From the NCBI GenBank assembly GCA_951406725.2, contig OX597819.1, forward strand, positions 14,694,001-14,758,000: a stretch of 64,000 bases of DNA, given 5' to 3'. Below, one piece after another: positions 13,746 to 27,730 of this stretch. How positions within the stretch are numbered: position 1 is the stretch's first letter; every line of letters begins with the position of its first letter. The notes under the pieces were generated by a model. That model did not search any database. It was given only the letters and a program-made list of their open reading frames with translations, and was not told the origin of the DNA. The DNA comes from Octopus vulgaris. Lineage: Eukaryota. The position numbers and the translations under genes are program-made.

Positions 13746-13962
13746 TCCAGATGGTGAACATTGCCACACAATGCAGAGGCGCTGCATGTTTTTGTACAGT
13801 TCCCTGTCTCCTCAGATACTGGACACCTTTGAGGAACGGGACGGGGTATGTTGTGACCTTTGACATGCGACATATTTGACACACACTTGCGCGCGCGCGC
13901 GTGTGTACGCCTGCGTTTGGTTCTGGAGCCATCGAGGAACTTGTATATTGCCATTCGACCAT

Positions 13963-14361
13963 TACTCTTTTACTTGTTTCAGTCATTTGACTGCGACCAT
14001 GCTGGAGCACCGCCTTTAATCGAGCAACTCGACCCCGGGACTTATTCTTTTGTAAGCCCAGTACTTATTCTATCGGTCTCTTTTGCCGAACCGCTAAGTA
14101 ACGGGGACATAAACACACCAGCATCGGTTGTCAAGCAATGCTAGGGGGACAAACACAGACACACAAACACACACACCACATATATATATACATATATACG
14201 ACGGGCTTCTTTCAGTTTCTGTCTAGCAAATCCACTCACAAGGCTTTGGTCGGTCCGAGGCTATAGTAGAAGACACTTGCCCAAGGTGCCACGCAGTGGG
14301 ACTGAACCCGGAACCATGTGGTTGGTAAACAAACTACTTACCACACAGCCACTCCTGCGCC
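13963..14361 (-). mobile_element. SINE S2, full length
   Basis: Head GGCGCAGGAGTGGCTGTGTGGTAAG, B box GGTTCAGTCCC, CORE-like CCTTGGGCAAGTGTCTT, internal microsatellite, tail gaaacaagtaaaagag. Confidence 0.9.
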
Positions 14362-14548
14362 TAGAAATAAGAGTGAAATCTACCTCCAATCACACGTCAT
14401 TGTCTTAAAAAGCATTGGACAGTGGCGAGTTATGTGGAAGAGGTGAAACTGGATGGTCACAGCTAGAATGGTAGATTTTTTTCGATCAGGACTGATCTGG
14501 AGCTAAAAGAACAACAACGATATTAGCAACAACAACAACAACAACAAC
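14362..14548 (+). mobile_element. Old interspersed repeat with (AAC)n tail
   Basis: ctagaaata..ctc-aatcacac..gtcttaaaa..ggatggtcacagctagaatg motif recurs degenerately near 7520-7700 (-), 24570, 27305, 49715 and 56070. Confidence 0.5.
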
Positions 14549-15261
14549 AGTCTGTGGGAGACGACAGAGTTGCTTTAAACCTTCCTCAAATACACCCTGC
14601 CGTTCTATACAAGGGAACAGAAGCCCTTCATGCAATTATACCCCCGCTCCAAAAGTCGAGTTGGTCACAGCTGGAAACCTTTCGACTGAATCTGACCTTA
14701 AGATAACAGCAACAATTATAACTGATAGTATATATTTTGGACATAAAAACTGGTTTGGTGAAATTCATTAAATACATCGACAATTGCTCAGCGCTCTCCT
14801 TTCTGTGACTTTTGTTAAAATCCAGTTTCTTGGAAATATTGTTATATAAATACATTTGTTGTGGGCTTCAATGGCGATCTTACGCTTGATTTCGTTTTTA
14901 TAGAATGAACTAAACGGCCTCTCTATTACTACATCTATTGTCTGGAGTGGGGCCTTATACTTAGGTGGCATTTGTGCGTGTGTTGTTAGTGTGTGTATGC
15001 AAGTAGATGTCAAATAATAAGAATAATTGTTTCTACTATAAGTACAAGGACAGTAATTTTCGGGGGAGGAGGTTAAACGATTTCGATCCCGCCATTTGGC
15101 TCGTATTTTTAGGTTATCGATCCTGAATATGACGAAAAGCAAAGCTGATTAGGTGGATTTTGAATTCAGAAAATAAAGGGCAAATGCACTTAGTATTTTG
15201 ACCGGTGCTCTAACGATTCTGCCTGCTCGCCATATTAATATAAATAATAATAATAATAATG

Positions 15262-15314
<53 letters not shown>

Positions 15315-15343
15315 TAATAATAATAAAAAAAATTTTTTTTTTT

Positions 15344-15490
15344 TAGACATTCATTAGTACAACACCCCCCCCCAAATATATGGCACACTAGGCATAACAA
15401 CAACATGAACTTCCAACCCTGTTGTCTCTTGAGGTCTCTGGGTGAGACTTGGAGCCAACTTGTACAAATATAAAGCAAAAGTCAAACATA

Positions 15491-15492
<2 letters not shown>
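15344..15492 (+). mobile_element. Probable 3' UTR remnant of a Dong-like element
   Basis: Between (TAA)n runs; gaggtctctgggtgagacttg resembles the post-stop motif of the other Dong copies. Confidence 0.4.
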
Positions 15493-15559
<67 letters not shown>

Positions 15560-15619
15560 TGATGATAATAACAGTAATAATAATAATAATAGTAATTATT
15601 TCTACTATAGGCACAAGGT

Positions 15620-16325
15620 AAGAAATCTGATCATTGCTGCACTAGATCAGGCTCTCGCTACCAAGTCAGTGAAGTATAACTTCTTACACCCAGAAATGCA
15701 GAATCTGTGGAAAAAGTGTGGAAAATGTGATCCACTTGGTAAGTGGATGTGAGAGCCTCGCACAAAAAGAATACAAACGCCGCCACGATAAAGGGTGTGT
15801 ATCTTCATTGGCTCTTATGCCATAAATACCAATATGAAGTAACAGAGAACTGGTATGAGCATGTACCAAGTAAAGTTATGCCGGAGGATGGAAAAAGAAC
15901 GATACTCTGGGACTATGGTTTTCAGACGGATCGTGTGATCGAACACTGTTGGCTGGATATTGTCCTATTGAATATGAGAGACAAATACTGTCAGATCATT
16001 GATGTAGCCATACCAAATGACTTGAATGTTGTGAGTAAAGAGGCTGAAAAAAATCACCAAGGAATCCAAATTGAAAGTGGAAATGGCAAATATTTATGGA
16101 ATGCGAGAAGGTAATGTAAAAGTGATACCAATGGTGATCGGAGCATTGGGCTCAATCCCATTGAAACTTCAAGACTTGTTAATGCAACTGTAAATCCCAT
16201 GCAAGATTGATGTCTTGCAAAAAGCAGCCTTATTGGGCACAGTGCACATCTTAAGGAAAGTATTATCTGTCTGAGGTCCTTGTTGCAACTTGATAGATGA
16301 CTAAAGACTCCGGTGCATTACGAAG

Positions 16326-16326
<1 letters not shown>
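15620..16326 (+). mobile_element. Decayed Dong/R4-clade LINE fragment
   Basis: LIIAALDQAL, CRICGKSVENVIHLVSGC, RRHD, ILWDYGFQTD..IIDVAIP, QKAALLGTVHILRK; ends in (TAA)n. Confidence 0.85.
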
Positions 16327-16392
<66 letters not shown>

Positions 16393-16434
16393 CATAATCA
16401 TAATCATAATAATAATAATAATAATAATAATAAT

Positions 16435-16993
16435 GGGTTCCAAATTTTGTCACAAGGGCAGCAATTTTCGGGGAGGGGATGAGTCAATTACATCGACCCC
16501 GATGTTCAGCTGGTACTTTATTTATAGACCCCCGAAAGGATGAAAGATAAAGTCGACCTCGGCGGAATTTGAACTCATAACGTAGCGACGCGTGAAATAG
16601 CGCTATTTCATCCCGTGTGCTAACGATTCTGCCAGCTCACTGCCTTGTCTAACAACAACAACAACAACAACAACAACAATAATAATAAGAGCACTCAGAG
16701 AACGCAAACCTCCGCCAAGGCAACACCAACGTCCTCTTAATGATTAGCCAGAGAGGATTTTTAAAATGAGAATATCTTTTCTACTCTAGGCACAAGACCC
16801 GTAATTTTGGGAGAGCGGCCAGTCGATTAGATCGACCCCAGTACGCAACTGGTACTCAATACTTAATTTATCGACCCCCGAAAGGATGAAAGGCAAAGTC
16901 AACCTCGGCGGAATTTGAACTCAGAACGTCAAGACAGACGAAATATCGCCAAGCGGTTCACCCGGCGTGTTAACGTTTCTGCCAGCTCACCGA
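16435..16993 (-). mobile_element. Two SINE S1 copies separated by a partial HINE-like end
   Basis: S1 at about 16435-16645 and 16777-16993; agagcactcagag..acctccgccaagg at 16688-16776. Confidence 0.75.
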
Positions 16994-17009
16994 CTTTTCT
17001 AACAACAAC

Positions 17010-17377
17010 AGCAAGAGCACTTGGGGAGCGCAAACCTCTGCCAAGGCAACATCAACATCCTCTCAATGATTAACCAGTGATGATTTTTAAAATGAGAATA
17101 TCTTAAATAAACTCGAGTGCTCTCATAAGCAAGAATACTAAAAATGAACCCGACCACTCTAAAAAATTAAGTAAAAAAAAAACGGAAAAATAATCCAGAA
17201 TCCTTGTCCGGCACTGGATCGATCCCAAAATCTAATCAGTTCGTGTCAGTCAGGATGCCATCTATCCCTGAAAGTTTCATCCGAATCCATCCGGTGGTTT
17301 TTGAAATATCTTGTCCACGGACAAACAAACAAACACGACTGAAAACAATACCTCAGCCTTAGCGAAGGCGGAGGTAA
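17010..17377. mobile_element. HINE/DINE-1-like element, second copy
   Basis: Colinear with 1777-2140; terminal hairpin acctcagcctt-agcg-aaggcggaggt. Confidence 0.6.
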
Positions 17378-18092
17378 AAACGAAAACCCGACGCTCATGT
17401 TTGAATGCGTTTCATCGTAGGGCTGATGTTCGATCATGGTGTGATTTGACTTAAGACAACAACAAGCACACTAACAGCAACAAAAGCAACTGCAACCAAT
17501 TAAGACATATTCGTGAAGTGTGTAATGGTTTTAGTCTCTTTCAGTTGATCAGAGAATTCACATTGGAACATTGTAGAACAGAACAGGAGAGCCATTTCTT
17601 CACTGGTCTTAAATGTTTTCGTGGGTTCTAAGATGGTAAGCTGATAAAATGGTTAGCATGCCGGACAAAATGCTTAGCGGCATTTCGTCCGTCTTTAAGT
17701 TCTGAGCTCAAACTCCACCGCGGTCGACTTTGCCTTCTATCCTTCAGTTGAGCACTGGGGGGCGATGTAATCGAATTAGTCCCTCTCCTGAAAATGCTGG
17801 CCTTGTGCCAAATTTTGAAATCAATATCTTTATGGATTGTCAGTTGAACGCCAACAACGCTTCTCTTGGAGGTACGAGGTGCTGCTAGAACTGATAAACG
17901 GGAGGAGCGGAGATAAATTGACCTCTTTTAATAAATTTAGTTGCTTTTAAAACTTTTTAAACTTGTCCGGCGCCAGTTAAGAAAAATGAGAATTTATTTG
18001 AAAGAAAACTTTGTCTTCTCAGTTATGTAGAGTGGAGTTGGGGTGGAGTAGGGAGTAAAATCCCATTTTTTTTTTGTTTTCTTTTTCCTTTT

Positions 18093-18485
18093 GAAATTAG
18101 TTTCAAGGTTCATCCAAGGCTGGGACCACGGGCTATACGTCCCCTGCCCAATTCAGGATCACAGCATATAGGTACACTGCGACATAATTTCTTTTCCTCA
18201 ACAGGCCCTGCTCTGTTTAACATTGTCCCGAAAGAGATCAAAGAGGAAAAGGATCCCATCATCTTTAAACAGTGCCTGGACAAATTTCTTCAAGGAATAC
18301 CGGATAAGCCACCCATAGCTGGATACAACTCACTCAACAATAATTCACTACTTGAATGGACCATAAACAAAACTTGACTTAAACAGGATTTAGATAATCC
18401 TATCAAGTGGTGCTATGAAGTTAGACATGGCCTGTACCAATCTTTGGTCAAAACATATCGAAGTTTTATCTAAGTTTAAGTTTAT
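18093..18485 (+). mobile_element. CR1-group LINE 3' end
   Basis: Open frame ISFKVHPRLGPRAIRP..NFFSSTGPALFNIVPKEIK..FKQCLDKFLQGIPDKP..NSLLEW, stop near 18377, short aagttt tail repeats. Confidence 0.7.
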
Positions 18486-18994
18486 TTCCAGACTAAGAAT
18501 CAGTGATTCAAATGACCGAACCATTCTTGGAATGTAGACAATTGCATGACTAGTGACGTTGGGGGCGCAGAATATTTGGTTTTTCGTTTTTAATTTTTAT
18601 TGATAGAATACAATATCATTATTAAAGATACATGTATACACACCACCACCGCCCCCACACACATTAGCTACTTCAGAAATACATATGCATCGATGTGTGT
18701 GTGTGTACGTATGTATATATGTACACACACATACACACACACACATTCATATATACACTCATATATACATGTATAATTGCAAATATGTAAATGTATGTGT
18801 GCATGTATGCATATACATGTATAACTACCTAACATACACGCATGCGCGTATAATTCTATGTATGTATATATGTGTGCACATGCACACGCAAGGGAACACA
18901 CAATACGCACATACACATACATATACATACATATATACATACATATATATATGTATCTATATATTTATGTTTACATATGTATATATATCTGTAT

Positions 18995-19025
<31 letters not shown>

Positions 19026-20084
19026 CATGCACACACACACACGCATACACGCACACACAGACATAGCTCGGTGAATTTAAACAATGACATGCTCACAATG
19101 ATGGCCGACAATATGTTGCTATGGGTTACCGAGGTGGTGATGTAATCCATTCTTCCGTTGGTCAGCGTGTTTCCGCCATTGCACTCAGCTCTGCCACAAG
19201 TACATGGCTGTGCACGCTGGCACAGCCACGTATCATAAACTCGAGATTATACATAATTGTGCAATCATCCGCTGTTTTGTAACATTAGGGTTTCTTTGAC
19301 ACAGGACCACATTCAAAGATTTCAGTGATGGAATCGATTTTAATGTACAACTTGTACATTATTGGTGTGTATGTGAATATGTTTAATCGATGTCCGGAAA
19401 CGGTGCGATGATAAAATGGAATATTGCTTATCCTTGGCTAGACACCCATTGATTCTAGTAAGCTGGTGGTGTATAAGCAGAGTCATCTTTGGTGTTGTAG
19501 GCGTACTATAAGAAGCGTTCTGGTCCTGACAGTCCCGTTTTTTTTAATTCTGTGATGATGTATTTAAGATTAGGATAGCCAATATTCAATGCTTTTTAAG
19601 GCAATAACGTGTGATTTGAGGTCGAGTTCACTCTTATTTCTAGAAGGTCGAGTGGCAATATAGAAGTTCTTCGATGGCTCCAGAACGAAACGCATGCGCA
19701 CGCAAGTGTGGTAAAATATGTGTCTCATGTCAAAGGTCATGACATATCCCGTCCCGTTCCTCAAAGGTGTCCTTTATTTGAGAAGAAAAATAACTGTACA
19801 AGAACATGCGGCACCTCTGTATTGTGTGGCTCTATTCACCAGCTGGTCTGCATTCTAACGACTTCAACAAATGAAAGAATCATTGACTGGTGTAGTCTTC
19901 GGATTGATGGCCATTGTTTGGAACGTCTTTTACCGTTTGTCTCTGCCAGTCAGGTTTTGATCTGAGTTTGAATATCAACGTAAGTAATGTCTTCGATGGA
20001 GAATCGAAACACTTACATGCATACATAAAAGTAAACATACACATACACAAACACATGCATAGACATACACATAAATATATAATA

Positions 20085-20180
<96 letters not shown>

Positions 20181-20181
20181 A

Positions 20182-21045
20182 CAGGATGCGATGGGTAAAT
20201 TGTCGCAATCTTATATTTTCAATTTTGCGCTTGTGCATTGTTTGTTTTTCATTTATCGACTACACAGTATAGTAGGCTCAGCTGGGCACCGTCTTATAGA
20301 AAAACAGCAATTCACTCAGCGAGAAATTAGGAAGCGACATGTTGTACTGCTTGGGCATTCGCACCGGAATCTCCAATACAAACATTTCAGGTGTTTGAGT
20401 GCCAATCTGAGTTGACAAAACATGTACCAAAAGTGATAAAAATCAAACATGCAGTCAACATCATGGTATTTAGAGCGATCACTAGTGATGGCAACGGTAT
20501 GCCTCCATTCATCTTCTCACACAGCCTCAGACTCAACACAGAGGCCTACATCAAGTGCCTGGAGGAGGTAGTTCTGCCCTGAGTTAAGAAGGTGGTTGCT
20601 GGAAGACCCTATGTCTGGCAACAGGACTCTGCACCATGCCACACAAGCAGGAGAACCCAGTCATGGCTGTCAGGCAATTTCTGCGACCACATCACTCGTT
20701 ACTGCTGACCACCTAACTCCCCCAGACTGAAACCTCCTTGATTATTATGAGTGGGGCGCAGTTGAGTGAGAGACCAACAAAACTCTTTGTATCACCAAAG
20801 ATGAACTGAAGGCAAGGATTAGGGCAGCATTTACCAACTTAAACAAGGAGACAATCCATAAGAGTTCCAATAGATTCCGAAGTCGTCTGGAGGACATGGT
20901 TGAAGCCAATGGCGATTGCATTGAATAAATTTGCTCTTTAGTATTTCCAGATATTTTTTAAAGTAATTTTGGTAAATATCTGTTAAAATGAGATGTCAGT
21001 ATTTTCATTTTTGCGTAATTTAGACAATATATTCACCACACCCTG
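20182..21045 (+). mobile_element. Decayed maT-type (DD37D) Tc1/mariner transposon, internally deleted
   Basis: TA-CAG...CTG-TA ends with imperfect TIRs of about 23 bp; QQDSAPCHTS..PPNSPD.N.LDY with 37 residues between the last two D after correcting one frameshift; several stops. Confidence 0.85.
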
Positions 21046-21364
21046 TATACACGTCGGTATGTATGTATGTATGTATGTATGTATGTATGTATGTATGTAT
21101 GTATGTATGTATGTATGTATGTATGTATGTATGTACGTATGTTTGTTTGTATGTATGTATGTATGTATGTATGTATGTATGTATGTATGTATGTACGTAT
21201 GTTTGTATGTATGTATGTATGTATGTATGTATGTATGTATGTATGTATGTATGTTTGTATGTATGTATGTATGTATGTATGTCTATATATGGATGTATAA
21301 GAAATAAAAGTGAGGAATTAATCCAAACAGATAACTGGAAAGCACACAATGTTAAACAAATTCA

Positions 21365-21743
21365 CTCTTTTACTTGTTTCAGTCATTTGACTGCGGCCAT
21401 GCTGGAGCACCGCCTTTAGTCGAGCAAATCGACTCAGGGACTTATTCTTTGTAACCCCAGTACGTATTCTATCGGTCTCTTTTGCCGAACCGCTAAGTGA
21501 CGGGGAAGTAAACACACCAGCAATGCTAGGGGGACAAACACAGACACACAAACATATACACACACATACATACATATATACGACAGGCTTCTTTCAGTTT
21601 CCGTCTACCAAATCCACTCACAAGGCATTGGTCGGCCCGGGGCTATAGCAGAAGACACTTGCCCAAGATGCCACGCAGTGGGACTGAACCCTGAACCTTG
21701 TGGTTGGTAAGCAAGCTACTTACCACACAGCCACTCCTGCGCC
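21365..21743 (-). mobile_element. SINE S2, full length
   Basis: Near-identical to 13963-14361. Confidence 0.9.
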
Positions 21744-21925
21744 TGTTAACTTTTACCAAACAATCAGATACCAATAAACGCTAGTAGAATAAACATCGAA
21801 AGTAATTCTTCATGTATGGCAAGTGAAACCAAATATCACATAGATGTGAGATCACATGTACGTACGCACTTACGTACGTATGTACGTATGTATGTATAAA
21901 GAGAGAGAGAAAAATACACATATAT

Positions 21926-22156
21926 ATTTCTTTACTACCCACAAGGGGCTAAACACAGAGGGGACAAACAAGGACAGACAAACGGATTAAATCGATTACA
22001 TCGATCCCAGTGCGTAACAGGTACTTAATTTATCGACCCTGAAGGATGAAAGGCAAAGTCGACCTCGGCAGAATTTGAACCCAGAACGTAACCGCAGACG
22101 AAATACGGCTACGCATTTCGCCCGGCGTGCTAACGTTTCTGCCAGCTCGCCGCCTT
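21926..22156 (-). mobile_element. SINE S1 monomer, tail X
   Basis: Complete head to aaagaaata tail. Confidence 0.9.
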
Positions 22157-22884
22157 CAAATATACAAATATACATGCATGTGTCTATATGTTCGTATGCC
22201 TATACGTAAGAGTACGTAAGTGGGAGCGGTGGTTCGGTGCATTGTTGTCTGTACGTGGCTGCAACAGTGTCATCACAAGTTTCCCGATCTTGTTGTGTCT
22301 TTCAATGTCTTAATTTTCATTTCTTCCTTTGTTTTTTCGTTCACACGCAGACACACTCCCGCCCACCCAGCCACACATGCACGCATTGACACAGATACAT
22401 GCATAAAGTAACACACCCAAGCATACATATTCATACACGAACTTACACCCGCCTAAACCTTCAAGTATGACTAACGTGTCTGTGAGACCCATTGTTATAT
22501 CAACCTAATTGATTTAACACTCTATCTTAAAGAGAGTCTACGCGGGGTTCACATTCACCTGTGTATATAGTAATTAATTAGTGTATGTTATTGGAAAGAT
22601 ACGTGCATAACTGTAGGCGTAGTGCATACATACATATATGAATGCATACATACATATATGAATGCATACATACATACATACATACATACATACATACATA
22701 CATACATACATACAAACATATATACATACATATTCACGTATATAAATGTGTACATTCATGCATACATATGTACATACATACGTTCATACAAACGTACATA
22801 GATACAAACATACATACATGCATACATACATATTCATATGTATACATGTGTATATTCATGCATACATATACAACCTTGAAATAC

Positions 22885-24385
22885 AGTCTCTGCTCTCTGA
22901 CGGAAAGTTACAGATATCTCGAACATGATGAGAATATCCATCAATAAAGAAAGGACGAGAAATGAATATCTCAAAAGGGTGAAAAAAATCTGGTCATCTG
23001 AACTCCCAGTTTACAGCAAGCATACTGTCCACAACACCTAATCTCTTTGGCCTTGAGACAGACGTTCGAAACCGCAAGCTGCTCAGTTTTATGGGAACTT
23101 CAGCATCAGTGACGAGTCGCTGTACGTTCCATGCAAATATGGTGGCCATGGTCTAAAATCTGTATTTATGGCATATGAAGTACGTATTGTATTCTATTCT
23201 AGGCACAAAGCTCGAAAATTTGGAGGAGGTTGGGCCAATCGATTAGATCTACCCCAGTACGCAACTGGTACTTAATTTATCGACCTCGAAAGGATGAAAG
23301 GCAAAGTCAACCTCGGCAGAATTTGAACTCAGAATGTAAAATATGAAGTATATATTGTGACACTGAAATAACTGCAACAGAGAGAGACCAGTAATTATGT
23401 TGCCCGAGCTTGCGACCATGAAATAAACTACATAAAGAGGAAAGCGAATGAAGAGAGATATGAAATAAGATCGGATACAGATCTTGCCTCATGGAGCTTT
23501 GATAAATTATATTTGTCTTTTGATAAGATTTACCAATAAAAATATAAAATGGATCAGCTCAATGAGAAGATAGTGCATGGGTATAAGGGCAGGAATTGAG
23601 GATATTGATCATATCAAAAACCTGGCATGGAATACCGACAATTCTATGACATTCCAGTTTAAAGGTTCCTTCCATGCAATTCAAATAGAGATCCCCACCA
23701 GCATAAAAGGCAGAAAACATTGACAGATGACAAATGTATACTTCTTTACTACCCACAAGGAGCTAAATACAGAGAGGACAAACCAGGACAAACAAACGGG
23801 TTAAGTCGATTACATCGACCCCAGTGCGTAACTGGTACTTAATTTATCGACCCCGAAAGGATGAAAGGCAAAGTCGACCTCGGCGGAATTTGAACCCAGA
23901 ACGTAACCGCAGACGAAATACGGCTACGCATTTCGACCGGCGTGCTGACGTTTCTGCCAGCTCGCCGCCTTACAGATGACAAATGTAGGCTATGTAAAAC
24001 CAAGGCTGAAGACATCAACCACAACTGCGAGAGAATGTCTTGCATATATTATCTTCCCATGAGGCAACATGTGGTGGCCAGTCTGGAGCAGGATAACAAA
24101 AAGCAAAACACCTACAGACGGAGTTGACGATATTGCGACAGAAGGATCGAAAGAATATTGGTGTAACTTTAAAAATTCAAACAGCCACCAAGATAAAACA
24201 CAACCGGCTAGATACTGTCGTGTGAGACCACAAAGAAAGATATGTTCTGTTGTAGAAATTAGCTGGACACCAATGTGGCTAGTTTTCTATGGACCATGGA
24301 TAAAGAATTTTCAAATCCAGTATCTAAGATGCGCTTTCAGCTTCATACTTTATACTTATTGCTATTGAAGCAACAAGATACGTAC
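22885..24385 (+). mobile_element. Old REL-type (R4-like) LINE relic with two SINE S1 insertions
   Basis: ESYRYL, EYLKRVKKIWSSEL, LYVPCKYGGHGLKS, DDKCRLCKTKAEDINH and YYLPMR in shifting frames; the SINE at 23741-23970 has a 16-bp TSD acagatgacaaatgta. Confidence 0.7.
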
Positions 24386-24447
<62 letters not shown>

Positions 24448-24951
24448 TTTGTGTGTGTCTGCAAGCGTGTGTATACACAGACACACTCACACGTTGTATT
24501 TGGGAGCCAAAACTTACATCCGTGACGATTATACGCCATTCATTCCTAATTTCTTGTTCACTAACCTGTGACTTGCTAGAAAAAACGAGTTAAATTTCCC
24601 TCAAAACACTTCACACTGTGTTTTGCTTTGAAAAAACAGATTCATAGGATACATCAGTGTGGTCACGGTGGTAGCGCCTTTTATGCTAAGTTTGCTCGGG
24701 GAAAGTTGACCGGGTGCAAAACAACAACAATAAAAAAGAAGAAAAGAAAGGGAGGGAGGAAGGAAGGAAGAAAGAAAGAAAAGTAGCTGACACTCATTAA
24801 TTATTGATTTTCAGTCGAGTCAAAAAAACTTGTTGAAAATTGCAGCCGAGTTTTATTTATTTATTTATTTATTTATTTATTTGCTGTGGATGGAAACAAA
24901 ATTAACAAATAATTATAATACAAACGCTTTCACCTGCATGAACTCAAATTG

Positions 24952-25390
24952 ACATACATAGATACATACGTACATTCGTACATTCGTACGTACATACATA
25001 CATACATACATACATACATACATACATACATACATGCATGCATACATACATACATACATACATACATACATACATACATACATACGTACGTACGTACATA
25101 CATACATACATACATACATACACACATACATACATACATACATATGTACATACATACATACATATATACATACATACATGCATACATTCGTACATACATA
25201 CATACATACACACATACACATACATACATACATATATACATACATACATACATACATACATACATACATACATACATACATGCATGCATACATACATACA
25301 TACATACATACATACATACATACATACATTCGTACATACATACATACATACATACATACATACATACATACACCCATACATACATTCGTA
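24952..25390. repeat. (ACAT)n microsatellite
   Basis: Directly visible; similar tracts at 21058-21280, 25600-25720 and 25975-26135. Confidence 0.95.
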
Positions 25391-25391
25391 C

Positions 25392-25600
25392 ATGACCTCG
25401 TGTGTACCGTTGGCGATTTTTTTTCCTCAGTCTTCCCTTCTCTGGATCTTTCCTTCTCCTATGTTTCCGACGAAGAGCTCCGCTCGAAACGTTAAACCCT
25501 CCTTCTTTCATTCTTTCCCGAGCGTCCAATAATACTATATTTGTTCCACGTCCTTGCGTTGATGTGTTTTTTTGTGCTTTCTTGTTTGGATTAACTTTAC
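25392..25600 (+). mobile_element. Family A hammerhead element
   Basis: gttt-CCGACGA-a-gagc-tcc-gctc-GAAAC-GTT-aaac at 25463-25497, inside (ACAT)n. Confidence 0.75.
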
Positions 25601-25720
25601 ATACATATATACACACATTCGTACATACATACACACACACATACATACATACATACATACATACATACATACATACATACATACATACATACATACATAC
25701 ATACATACATACATTCGTAC

Positions 25721-26105
25721 ATGCAGTTACTCTATCCAGATTACAAGTTCAGGCTTATACCTGTAATTATGGGCGCACTGGGATATGTAACAGACTGCCT
25801 AAATACCAATCTTGAGAAATTAGGCTTCTCGAAACCAGAAAGGAGAAAACAAATACGAAGACTACAGATTCAATCCATCACTGGAACTGTAAAAATCTGT
25901 AAAACTTTCCAGGAGTTTTTCATTTAGATATATATGAGCATGTCTAGATATGCAACTATATGCATGAGAATACATACATAAAACATACATACATACATAC
26001 ATACATACATACATACATACATACATACATACATACATACACACACACATGCATACACACATGCATACATACATACATACATACATACATACATACATAC
26101 ATACA

Positions 26106-26136
<31 letters not shown>

Positions 26137-26230
26137 GTACCCTGTTGTTGATGTTGAAATTCCAATGAAGGAGCCTTGGATCTAGATTAGAAACCGGTTC
26201 TTTCTCTATTGGCAAGAAATCTTGAAATAA
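25721..26230 (+). mobile_element. 3' end of an REL-type LINE with microsatellite in its 3' UTR
   Basis: LLYPDYKFRLIPVIMGALGYV..LQIQSITGTVKICKTF resembles REL LINE C-termini. Confidence 0.65.
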
Positions 26231-26482
26231 AAAAAGAGAAGACAAGGACATTTAATTTCACTTAATTCAGTGCAAACGATGGGGTGAAAAGTTCCTCTCT
26301 TTGGGTAAAAGAAAATACAGGAAGATCAGTTAATAATGATTTTATTCAATATATTCCCCTCTCAAACTTACGCACTTATTGTACTGTGTAAAAGAACTCG
26401 CAAGATTGGGCCTCCAGCCAGACCCTTCGCGAGACCTTTAAAGCCAGAAACTCAACCCCATCGTATATATATATATATATAT

Positions 26483-26845
26483 AGGGGCGAGAGTTTACGA
26501 AAAAAACAAAAGACGAAGACAGGTGGTCTACAAAATAAACAGATGTATTAGTATAACGCTCAGGAATAGAAAAAGTCTTTTACGTTTCGAGCCTACGCTC
26601 TTCTACAGAAAGGGACACAGAAAAAACAAGGAGAGAAAAAAATGTGTGTAGTGGCTAACGAACTATCATGGCGACTACCAGACCGAAGGGTCACACACGA
26701 GAGGTCTTGAAAATGAGTAAAGAGAGGTTAATGGTCGGCTGAAAGCAGTGGGAAAGATGTAAGCGGAAGTAGTGTTTTAGGCGATGGTGGAGAATGAGGA
26801 GGTAAGATTTGTAGTCCGGCATGGTGGAATAAGAAGGAGGAAAGA
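26483..26845 (-). mobile_element. Family B element, longest copy
   Basis: Hammerhead-like motif at about 26576-26613; extends further 5' than the other copies, so the 5' limit is uncertain. Confidence 0.65.
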
Positions 26846-27371
26846 GAAAAGAAAGAAAAAAAAGAAAAAATAGCGGACAGGAAATTAAACGGGGGAAGAT
26901 ATAATATAAATAATATATAAATATATGCATATATACATACATATATGTACATACCTGCATCTATATGCATATATACATGCATATATGGGTACAGGACATC
27001 GAAAAAAGAAGATGTTGAACACAATGAGAAATGAAAGCATAAAAGCAAAAACATAGAAACGAACTGTTTTTCAAACAACGAAAAAGCAGAGTACAAGACA
27101 AAAAACACAGAGGGTTACCTCCTCCTTTTTGCTTATTGGCCATGTATGTGTGTAAGTGTATTATATATGTCTACTTTCACAAATCAAAAAAGTATCAAAC
27201 TTAAGTTTGATTTTCATTTGTAATAATTAGGCAAAATTAACCTCACGTCTTGCATTGATACACAGTGGATCTTTACAATGAAGAAACTGATATGTGGTCA
27301 CTTCATCCGCTAGAAAGAGCAGTCCGTCTTCCTCATACCACATCCCACGATTTCATCTAATTAAAATTGCT

Positions 27372-27730
27372 GGAGGCTGAGTGGTAAGAAGCTTGCTTCC
27401 AAACCATAGGGTTCCGGGTTCAGTTCCACTGTGTGAAACCTTGGGCAAGTGTCTTCTATTATAGCATCGGGTCGACCAAAGCCTTGTAAAGGGATTTCAT
27501 AGACGGAAATTGAAAGAAGCTCGTCGTATGTGTGTGTGTGGGGGGGGGTTGTCCTCCACCACCGCTTGACAACCGGTGTTGGTGAGTTTACGTCCCCATA
27601 ACTTAGCGGCTGAGCAAAAGCGACCGATAGAATAAGTACCAGGCTTTAAAAATATAATTACTGAGGACGATTCATTCGACTAAACATTCTTCAAGTCTAA
27701 CGGCTGAAACAAATAAAAGAAAAAAAAGAT
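27372..27730 (+). mobile_element. Diverged SINE S2
   Basis: ggctgagtggtaagaagcttgcttcc..ccttgggcaagtgtctt..tttacgtccccataacttagcgg. Confidence 0.8.
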
